A program made the position numbers and the translations under genes. 64,000 bases of DNA from Octopus sinensis (taxonomy: Eukaryota), in contig NC_043006.1 in NCBI RefSeq assembly GCF_006345805.1, positions 97,278,001 through 97,342,000 of the forward strand, given 5' to 3'. This document shows, in pieces, positions 12,931 to 22,666 of the stretch. The notes under the pieces are model-generated. The model had not been told where the DNA came from. It worked only from the letters and a program-made list of their open reading frames with translations, and ran no database searches. Position 1 is the first letter of the stretch. Each line of letters begins with the position of its first letter.

Positions 12931-15647
12931 TAAACAGGGCAGGGTTTGTTGAAGAAAAGAAATTGTGTCGCAGTGTACACGTATGCTCTGATCCTAAATT
13001 GGGCAGGGGACGTATGGCCCGTGGTCCCAACTCGGATGAACCTTGAAGCTAATGTTCAGGTCATTTGGGCAAAGTTGGCGATATATTCTCCACATCGTAC
13101 AAATGATGTACCGCTTACGGCGACGCTGGGGAAAGTAGAATTTCAAGGCTTTAAGGTGGTCCCAATAATCGAGAGCAGCCATGCCTTCAATTCGTTTAGT
13201 GAGTGCCCTCTGGGGTGATTCAGTTTTCGAGATGTTTTGTTTTGTATGGGGAGACCACAAGGGGCAGCAGTATTCGAGGTGTGGCTGTACAAAGGAGGAG
13301 AAAAGTGGAATGATGACACCTTGTTCTCTGGACCGGAAGGTTCTTAAGAACCAGGAGCTCATCTTACGAGCTATATCGACCTTATTGTTGATATGGGCAC
13401 TCCAACTGGGATTGTTATCTGCAATTACACCCAGGTCTCTAATATTATTAGATTTTGTGAGCAGTTGCCCTGAAGGAAGAGAGTATGGCTGTTTTAGTAT
13501 AGACTTTCTTCCAAAATGCATCTGCTCAAATTTTCCCGCGTTCATATAGACCTCACTGGAGTTGAATTTGGTCTTCTTCTTCATTAATGATTTGCTGGAG
13601 CTTAGTGTCATCAGCAAATATTTTTACTTTGCAGTGATTTACAACACTGAAAAGGTCATTTATGTAAATTATAAAGAGGAGTGAGCCCAAGACAGTCCCC
13701 TGAGGGACACCGCTGGTGACTTTTGCTGGGCCTGAGTGGACTTCATCGACCACAACATGTGTTCTATTCGCCAGAAAAATATTTAATCCAGTGTAGAAGT
13801 TTTCCATGGATTCCAACATTTGCCTAGTTTGAGAGTAGGATATTATGGTCAACCCTGTTGCATGCTTTACTGAAGTCAAGATATATGACATCAGAGTTCG
13901 AACCTGTTCCCAAGGCCTTAAGTGTATCTTCAATGTGGTGTAAGAGCTGTGTTAGACAGTCCCTGCCACAGCGAAAGCCATGCTGATCTGCATTTAGGAG
14001 TTTGTGGGTCTCCAGGAAGTCAGCTATCCTTGATCTTACCACGCTTTCAAACACTTTAATGATGTGGTAGGTGAGTGAGATTGGGCGATAGTTGACTGCG
14101 AGGGATCTGTTTCTCTGTTTGAAAACTGGGATGACAGACTGGGATAGGAGCTGTTTCGGTATATAACCGGTGTCTAAAGAATTTCTCCAGAGGTTGGTCA
14201 GAGGGACTGCAAGTAGATGTCTACATTCCTTCAGGAGACTAGCGGGGAATCTATCAGGGCCTACAGCAGAGTAGTATTTGACCTTATTTATTGTTGCTAC
14301 GATGCCAGAGGCAGTGAAGGTTATGTCTGAGATTTTATGTTGGGAATCAACTTCGTTCGCTTCTCTTACGTCAATATCAGTGGGATCACTAAAGACAGAG
14401 CAGTATTATTTCTGCCATTTCTTTAGCATCGTGTTGGAGAATGCTGTTATCATCGATCAATGGCCCAGTGGGTGAGATAGTGGTTCTATGTTTATTTGCA
14501 TAATAATAGAACACTTCTGTTTGATGATTTTGATTACTCACTGTTCCTCCGCAGCTCATTGATTTTCAATGGAAGTTTTCATGTCGGTCTGCAGATGAAG
14601 TTTTTCCAACTCCAGCCTTTTCATTGTTGTTGTATGTGGGAATATTTTAATTAGTTGATTTTTTTATTGAGTCTTTTGATGCGCCTGATGAGTGTTTTTT
14701 TTCTCTTTAGGGAGCCGGTTTATGTTAGTGGATTTCGTAGGAGCTTGTTTAGAGCATGTATAGGTGACAATGTTCTCAAAGTGCTGCCATGCGGTCTCAA
14801 TTTGGGTGGAACTGAGAGTGAAAGACCAGTCAATGAAAGACAGATCCTTTCTGATTGCTGCCCAGTTCGCTTTGTGAAAGTTTGTTGTCAAATGAGTGCC
14901 ATGGATGGGATTGGGTGGTTTGATTTTGATTTGCTGGGAATTAAAATTGCAGAGTATCATGTCGTGGTCTGAGAGGAGAGTTTTTTTCAACTGAAATACT
15001 GTGAATGGAGCTAGAATGGTTGGTTGATATTAGATCCAAGATCGTTTTCTTCTGTCTTGTTGGTTCGAGCACTAGCTGAGTCAGGAAGAATTTATTCATT
15101 AGATTAAAGAGTAATTCTGGTGCTGCTTTATCTGATGTAGAGCATTTGCCTAACTTCAGAGTATTTGTGGGCCAGTTTATATGAGGGAGGTTAAAATCAC
15201 CCATCATTTGTATGTTTCTGGAGTTGTATTTTTGAAGGAAGGACTTGATTTTGTTGAGGCACTCGTCAAAGCACTTCAGAGGTGCTTGGGGAGGCCTGTA
15301 AAGACCGACAATGATTATGTCTTTAGATTCACAAAAGCCATTGGAAAATAGGTCCTTGGCATTGACTGAAAAGGAGTGATGGAGAAAGATGGCTGTCCCT
15401 CCTTTAATTGGATGCTGGTGAAGTCTTTTATTTTCACTTCGGCATCCATATGTGTGCTGTTTAGGTGAGTTTCTGTAAGAATAAAGAAAGGGAAGCAATG
15501 TGCCGTTTCAGCAAGCTGACTCTCTCTCTATGGGAATCTTCCATTTTTGGGCAATGATTGATGGGTTGATGCCACGTACATTTAACAGGAATGTCGAGGT
15601 AAGGGAAGTTGGTAATGGGTGAGTGGTCCTTGTGATTTGCATAGATG

Positions 15648-15714
15648 GTTGGTGATAGCTCGCTGGATCTCCTGGCTTAGGTCGGCCTTCATATTTTCCA
15701 GGTATGTCAGTAAA
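15648..15714. repeat. 67-bp direct duplication flanking the viral insert (left copy)
   Basis: 66/67 identical to 17326-17392 (C15699 vs T17377). Confidence 0.95.
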
Positions 15715-17325
15715 TTTTTTTTTTTACATTTTTATTTAATATTACAGATTACAAATTATATAATTGAAAATGAAAAATGAAAAAGAATTACAGTTCTGTA
15801 TCTGATAGTTCACTATCAGATTCGTAGTTTGGTTTCTACGTCAGTTTTCTGAACTTTCTTTTTCTTTCTGGGAGTTGTTCTTCTTCGTCTGTTTCGGAGA
15901 ACACTCTAACGGTTGACCCGCTTCCACTATTAGACAGAGTCCGAAATCCACTTGGTCTTCTGTTTTCTTTGTCGGCGTCTCTGTTTGTGGGTTTTTCGTA
16001 CTCTTCTAGAATGTGACATAAATTGTCATCTGATGAGGAACCATCGTCAGTAATTAGAGAAGAAAAACAATGTTCATAAAATAAAACATTCCATATAATA
16101 GGATTAATCTTTTTCTTTACATATTGAAGGAAGGGAGAAGATTTATTGAATAGATACTCTGGGTATCTTGTTATGAAAGCATGTCTTTCGTGTAAAGGCG
16201 CGTTGCTGTCGAATTTGTTTGATGTAATTATCAATGGTGTTCTGTGAACAATTTGGTCTGGTTTAAATTTGACAGACACTTCAGTGTCAATCCCTTCAGC
16301 AAGCTTCTTGAAAGTCTGAAGGGTTTCTAAAGTGAAATTCGGTTCTTCGATTAAACCTATTTCTACATTAAGCAAATTTTGGAATGGGAAACTACTTGTC
16401 CCCTGGATCGTGCTGACGTGAGTGAACAGCTCAGCAATACTTCGAGCAACCATTGATTTGCCAGTATTTGGCAAACCCCTTAACACAAGGAGATTACATT
16501 TTGGTAGTTTCTTGTTCAATAAATACCAAACGTTGTTAACGAAGGTACTTTCGTCAATTTCCTGTGTCATTAAGATGGAGTGGAATATTTTCAGAGAAAC
16601 CTCTTTTGTTAGATAGTGACGAGTATCGTTCTCGAAGTAACTCCAGTTCATATCTTCAAATTTTTTAATGAATGGTGTTATTAATATTTTTAATTTCACG
16701 CACTCCAGAACTTTTTTCATAACTGCATCATACATAGGGTGACTAATCGCCCTCATGAAATTGTCATTGTTACCTGTTAACTCTGTTCAGCCAGTGAGAT
16801 TTCATTTCTTGTTCGTTACGAAATCTCTTACTAGTGAAAATGTAAGTAAGGTAATTGAATAAAGTTAGTCGTTCCAATTCTACTTTTGAAGGATGGCTCG
16901 TCGTTGACGACTTGCTTCGATGTAGTTGCGATCTCAGTTTGTGTAGGTTTTGGTATATATTCACATTGACACCATTCAGTAAATGTTTTATTTATGTCGT
17001 CTGTGCCTGCAATTAATACTTTTCTCGGTTCTTGGCAGAAATAGTTTGCCATGCTACTAGGAAATTTTACTCTTTGGCACTCAGGTATGAATCGATCTAA
17101 ATTGGTAGCTTTCTTATATAAGCTTTGTATGTATTTCAGGCGCTGATTCTCGCCAGGTCTGATGATTGAATTCCATATAATATGGAAATGGTTGAATGTG
17201 TTCCATTCTTTTCTAGAACACGATTGAACCTCATTAGGATGGTAAATTACTGTACATTCATTGAAGTGTATGAATTCTATTATTTTCGAATTAGAATTCA
17301 ACTGGTATTCGTTTTTTCGCTGACC
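15715..17325 (-). pseudogene. NS1: Endogenous parvovirus/densovirus-like NS1 (HUH endonuclease and SF3 helicase), polyadenylated, two frameshifts
   Basis: HUH motif NHFHIIW and candidate catalytic Tyr in NYFCQ (~17040-17190). In ORF 15836-16756: Walker A GLPNTGKS, Walker B LIEEP, B' FKKLAEG...VKFK, motif C PLIITSN. Frameshifts near 16900 and 16785. AATAAA (plus strand TTTATT 15731-15736) and A11 (T-run 15715-15725). Confidence 0.9.
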
Positions 17326-18117
17326 GTTGGTGATAGCTCGCTGGATCTCCTGGCTTAGGTCGGCCTTCATATTTTCTAGGTATGTCAGTAAAAAAGAGTT
17401 ACTTGTTTGGTTTGTCACTTGGTCAGAGGATACATATTTCATGTTGGCGTTATTTGGTGTTTTTTCATGGTTCTGTCTACGTTGTTTGATTGTAGGAGGG
17501 GAAACGTGGTTGTATTTTGTTCTTGTTGTTGTCCTAGATTTCCTCTGTTCCTGTTTATATTTATTCTGTGATCGTTTTGTGCCCTTCAGATGGTGGTGGT
17601 TGCATTCTGGGTTCAGGCACATCCTTAGTGACACAGAAGTTTGGCACAGTTTAGGATGGAAGAAGGTGCTTCCCTTGCCTTTTGTGCATCCATATTTAGG
17701 ATCGGGGCCATGGACTCTGTATTTAGGACAGTATTTGGGGTGGAGGTGAGCGCAGTTTTTTTCTGTTATACCATATGGACAGGTGCCCTTAACAAGTCTA
17801 TGGCATAAGGTAGGATGGAAAAAAGCACAGCATCCCGTGTTGTTGGTGCTGCTGGGGCCAAATCTACAGTTGCCTTGAGACTGGTAATGACAGGATTTTT
17901 GACATGGGCACAGTAGACGTTTTTCTATACTGTTGGGCTCAGTGGTCAGTGGTCCTATTGTAGTATCAGTAGCAGACTGTTTTTGTTGCTGTAGTGGCAG
18001 TGAATCTTGACCTGCAATAGTAGGGCTGGGTGGAATCAGGTCAGATAGTGGTGCCAAACAAGGTGCTTCCAATGCAGTAGCTGGTTGTTGTTGTGGTAGT
18101 GAGTCCTGGCTTGCCAT
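16831..18117 (-). CDS. Open 428-aa chimeric frame: LINE ORF1 CCCH region (aa 1-264) fused to the NS1 HUH domain
   Basis: From the ORF track; the junction at 17326/17325 falls on a codon boundary (...RAITN|GQRKNEY...). Expression is unknown. Confidence 0.4.
   Translation of the reverse strand: MASQDSLPQQQPATALEAPCLAPLSDLIPPSPTIAGQDSLPLQQQKQSATDTTIGPLTTEPNSIEKRLLCPCQKSCHYQSQGNCRFGPSSTNNTGCCAFFHPTLCHRLVKGTCPYGITEKNCAHLHPKYCPKYRVHGPDPKYGCTKGKGSTFFHPKLCQTSVSLRMCLNPECNHHHLKGTKRSQNKYKQEQRKSRTTTRTKYNHVSPPTIKQRRQNHEKTPNNANMKYVSSDQVTNQTSNSFLLTYLENMKADLSQEIQRAITNGQRKNEYQLNSNSKIIEFIHFNECTVIYHPNEVQSCSRKEWNTFNHFHIIWNSIIRPGENQRLKYIQSLYKKATNLDRFIPECQRVKFPSSMANYFCQEPRKVLIAGTDDINKTFTEWCQCEYIPKPTQTEIATTSKQVVNDEPSFKSRIGTTNFIQLPYLHFH
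17326..17392. repeat. 67-bp direct duplication flanking the viral insert (right copy)
   Basis: Matches 15648-15714. Confidence 0.95.
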
Positions 18118-18407
18118 AGCAGTTTGGGTGGAATCAGGTCAGATAGGGTTATGTTTGTTGCTGGCTAGTTGAATTGACCCCTGACCTGTTGTACTTGGGT
18201 TAGTTGGTGCACTACATCCATTGACAAGTATAGCTTCTATATTGAAACATTTTACTTGCTGGATGTAAAGAAACAATGGAGTGGACAGGAAGAATTGAAG
18301 GTCAAGGAGCATATTTTACTTATTTTTGTGCAATCACAAATGAAATTTAGTAAAATAAAACTTTTTTATATCATCAGGAATTCTTTACGATGCATCCTGT
18401 AAATCAG

Positions 18408-19796
18408 TCATGGTCTCGCCCTACACGGTTTCCCCGCTAACCCAAACGTTACACCAGCCTCGTTAACGGTGACACCTCCCAAGCGGGTGATTGCATCCAT
18501 CCCCATCACCACGTCAATCTCGTCCACCAAGTGACCAACCACAATCGCTTGCAATGTCAGCTGTAGTCCCTGCACTACAATCTGCGCATCTGTAACCCCT
18601 TTGCAGTGTACTTCTCTTCCCTTGACAGCCCTAACACTGCTTCCTCCACTCCCCGTCTCTGTCACTTCTGTAGTCATCAGGGTCGTTGTACAGCCCGTGT
18701 CCACAAGGGCTCACGACATCTTCCCCTCCACCAGAATGTCAACCACAGGTAGCGATGATAAACGCGCCTCTACTGATCCAAAGGGACAACTACCAGCGCA
18801 GTAGTCTCCCGCAGACACTCGCTGGCTATATGCCCCGGCTCTCGACACCGGTGGCAAATCACCTCAGGCTTGGGTGACATGCAGTCACACACCATGTGTG
18901 GACCTTGGCACCAGAAACACTGTCCTTTGAACGGTCGCACATGTTCTTTCTTTAGCCCCTCTCCGCTGTTCCTAGCTGGACCACTTTTCGACGTTGCAGT
19001 CGCTGCTACCAAGTCATCCTGCTGCACGAGACTAGTACACGTGCCCGAGATATGATGTCCGCCATCGGCATCGAATTCACATTCGGAAGCTTCTGTAGCT
19101 CGACCGACATGTTGTCGGGAAAGCCAGTCACGAACGTCAACCTAACCGTCCGGTCCAGCGACTCTCCCTCGTAACCCCCCAGTTTAGCCAGTCTTCTAAG
19201 TTCATTGGCAAACACGTCCATCTCGTTCTACCCAGGCGAGCGTATGTCTCGAACATTCCCTCCGCAAAGGCCTCCATCAACCGGACTTCCACTTTCTCCG
19301 TGTTAAGTTGGTCTGTCTCTTCCATCTCTAGATACAACGCCAAAGCTGGACCATCCAAGTACAGCGGCATGAAGCTCGCCAGGTCACCTATACCATGGAG
19401 CTTCGCCTCCAACTTCACTTTCTTCAGCCAAGCGACTACACCTGTGTCGCCGCTAAACGGTGTTATAAGTTCGTGTGAAACACGGGCACTCTTCATCATT
19501 TTTATTTATAAAACCGATTGTTTATATGCCGAAATAGCTTGTGGTGTGAACGATGAAAGAGGACAACAGAAAAAAGGAGAATGGAAATACAATTAGGCCT
19601 TACCTCGGCGAAGATTAGTCTACCGAAACTCAGCGAAGTTCAGATCTCTCTCAGCCAGCTCGATATGTCTTGTGCCTTCCTCGTCTCAGCTGCAACTGCT
19701 GCTTGGTCAATGCCACACGTGCGTCGTCCCTCGCCGCTTCCACTTCCTACCGTGCATGCACCCTGCAAGCCCTACTTCCTCTCCACCGACACCACA
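18408..19796 (-). mobile_element. Ty3/Gypsy retrotransposon 5' part: LTR, gag, protease; truncated
   Basis: gag PFSGDTGVVAWLKKVKL...PLYLDGPALALY and DVFANELRRLA; knuckle CHRCREPGHIASEC; protease ALVDTGCTTTL; frameshifted. Confidence 0.85.
19540..19796 (-). repeat. Putative 5' LTR (257 bp)
   Basis: TG...CA ends with an 8-bp terminal inverted repeat TGTGGTGT/ACACCACA, 40 bp upstream of the gag ATG (19499). Confidence 0.7.
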
Positions 19797-20544
19797 ATCT
19801 GGTAAAGTGGTAATGAGTTTCTCAGCTTCAGTTCTTGTCTCTGCATCAGGTAAACTACATTAGTTGACTTTTTGATGGGCTGCTTGGCATTTTTGTAAAG
19901 CAATAAATATCTGATCTAAAATGGTGTTGAATGCTCTCCTTCTGAGTTTTTCTCTCTTGCAGCCTCTGAGTCTGGTAGACTTGCCTCATAGCCTACTTTT
20001 TACTTTGAAGCTTGTGTTTCCACATATATTCCTGGTATCTAGTTCCAACTTCATACCTATCCAGAAGTGATTTCAAAATCTTTTTCCAAAGAATCAAGGA
20101 GATCCGTCACTTTATTGAAATCAGCTTCATCTTCTTGAAAAGCTTTAAGCCATACAAGAATTGTATTCCAGATCTTCGCTCTTAACAGCAGTTTCAAGAT
20201 AATCTTTTTTGTCTGTCAGTGTCTGATAAATCATCATTAGTTTGTCTGAGTGCCTTTTGAATGCAGTTATATCCATCATTGAGGGCTTCAATATCATCAG
20301 CTTTTGCTAACCAATGAGTGTCTGACAAGCACTTCTAAGTTTGTCCGCTTTTAATTTCCTTAGAGATTTCATTAAGTTTGCCCATCTGTGCGTCAACGCA
20401 GAACAAAAGTTCCTATAACTTCTGTGTGAAGCCAGCGTAATAGTTTTAGCATAGCAAGACCCAGCAAATTGTTCAACAAGATTCACTGTAGCTGAGTTTT
20501 TTGCGTTAGGTGCGACTTGCATTCCTGTGTAGTGATTTGATATA

Positions 20545-21655
20545 TTGGGATGGCAACCAAGTTTCCACCGTTTATTTTTAATATAAATTTTTAAAAAAGT
20601 TAAATAAAAAAAATAATAACTAAGTAACAATAATGTAATCACCCTTGTTGTTTACAATTTCTTCCCAATGTTCAACTAGATTTTCAATACCTTGTTGGTA
20701 GAAATCACCCGATTTCGACTCAAAAAATTGATCCAACCAATCTCTCAATTCTGCATCAGTATTGAACGAAACTCCGCGCATATCCTAGAAAAAGATCGAA
20801 AGAGGTGGAAATCCGTTGGTGCCAAATCATGGCTTCCTTGGTCATATTGGCAATATGAGGGCAGGCGTTGTCGTGCAGCAATTGATTCATAATGGATAAT
20901 TCCTTCCCAGCCCCACCATACGCACAACATCGTTTCACGCAGATGAAGATCTTGTTTCACGTGCAGTGTTTCTTGTTTACCGGTTTCTAAGCCATTCCTT
21001 ACGCTGCTTCATATTGATGTACAGGCACCATTTTTCCTCGCCAGTAACGATTCAGTAAAGAAAGCGTTGCTTGTGTCCATGAGTTGAGCGGTGACGAGCA
21101 AGCAAACCAACGGAGATTGTGGCTCATTGATTTTTGTTGTTATCATTTAAAGCATATGGATCCCATGCTCCATACTTCTGAACCTTTCCTATCAAGTGAA
21201 GATGCTTCTCTATAGCACTGTGGGAGCATTCCATTTTCTCTACCATTTCCCACATTGTTTGACGAGAATTTTCATCCAAAAGTTGGTTTAATTGCTCTTC
21301 ATTGAACTCAACTGGACGGCCAGAACGAGGTGCGTCTTTGAGGTCAAAATTTCCATTTTTGAACTTGGCATACCAATCATGAGCGGTTCTTTCAGCTATG
21401 GCACCCTCTCCATGCACAGCACAAATGTCGCAAGCAACTTTTGTGGCCTTAGAACCTTGATTAAAAGCAAAAAGGAGGCGGTGTCAAATATGCTCGTTCT
21501 TCTTAACTTGACATTCCATGTTAATGATCTGAAAATAAACAAAAATTAGGTAGAAAAAAAAAACAAAATAGATTCCAAAATGATTCAGAAATAATTCTTG
21601 AAAAAAATAGATTCCAAAATTTTAAAAAACGGTAGGAACTTAGTTGCCAACCTAA
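20545..21655 (-). mobile_element. mariner transposon, both TIRs present, decayed transposase
   Basis: ~29-bp imperfect TIRs (TTGGGATGGCAACCAAGTTTCCACCGTTT / TTAGGTTGGCAACTAAGTTCCTACCGTTT), TA on both sides; PRSGRP, MLCVWWGWEG, LHDNACPH, DLAPTDFHLF. Confidence 0.92.
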
Positions 21656-22666
21656 TATTACTACTATTTTCAGAGGACTGGCACTTACAGTCCAACGACT
21701 ACCAAAATTTATACCCTCTCTTTTAAGAAATTCTAAGATAGGCGTAGCCAGTGCTTTTAGTTTTGCAAGAGCCAGTCTACAAGGAAGTTAAAAGCCTTTC
21801 TATTAGTTTCCCAGAATGAACATAACATATGTAACAGTGGTAGATGAAGATGACTCCAGGAAAGGACAGTGGCCAAAGTTGTGAGGACCAAATTTTATTC
21901 TCGGTTTTTATTTTTTTGTTGGGGGGATGCCAAACCACGGCTGGTAGGCATACATATAAACAAAAAGCAAGTTGTTTTTGTGTAGTAGGGTTTCTGCTTG
22001 GTTTCGGTTTGTCTGCTAGATATCAGTGTGAGATAGAATGAATGTATGAGGCTGGGAATTCATAAAGTTGAAAGGGTCAAGCTTATATAGACCCTGTTGT
22101 TCTCAACAGTGGCTGATAGTGAAGATGCTAGTCAGCCAGTGAGAGAGCAGTAGAGAGTGACTGATGGGGAGGCTGTATTCGGTGCTGCCAAGCTGTATGT
22201 TGCGTTTGATTGTGGTGGTCACAAACACTTCAGTGTGGCAGCTGAGGCTCTCTCTCTAACTTTCTGTTTGCCGAGCACTGGTATTTTTAACGGTTCATTT
22301 CAGCTAGAAAGATGGATATATCATTTATAAGAGTAGCTTATACACATTTAGGTCGTTTGTTGTCCATTTTAATTTCCCCTGATACTGCAAGGTCACGGGC
22401 GAAGTGGAGACACGTCAATCACTGTATCTTTTGACAGGACAAAGCGATTTTCCTGCTTGGTCAGCAAGTGGAAATTCTTAGATTCAATTTTGAATCCCAA
22501 CCCGGCAGGGCCAAGTGAGGTCCTTACACACGTAATTGTTAGGAGTTCAGTCTGGTGTTGAATCGACAGAAATAGAGAAATACTTTGTAGTTTTAAGTTC
22601 TGCTACAATATGATTCTTAACACATTTTGCCATGTGCAGAACAATTTCTTCATAGATGGTTGATGA

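Larger units (their letters stand above)
12935..18245 (-). mobile_element. CR1-group LINE (CCCH-finger ORF1, decayed APE and RT) interrupted by a parvoviral insert
   Basis: RT: QHGFR, YLDFSKA, SGVPQGTVLG, IFADDTKL, LEYCCPLWSP. APE: GGTAIF, LYRPP, MGDFNLP, LSDHD. ORF1 fingers at ~17580-17900. LINE sequence resumes on both sides of the insert. Confidence 0.9.

Noticed and set aside
480-14972. Numerous plus-strand ORFs opposite the LINE ORFs
   Set aside because: Antisense shadows of TE coding sequence with no independent motifs.
15715-17325. Helitron or Polinton origin of the Rep-helicase
   Set aside because: The helicase is SF3, not PIF1/SF1; there are no TC/CTRR ends, polB or integrase, and a poly(A) tail is present.
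21836-22440. Possible further LINE 5' end (KWTTNDLNVYKLLL on the minus strand)
   Set aside because: Too short and decayed to support a call.
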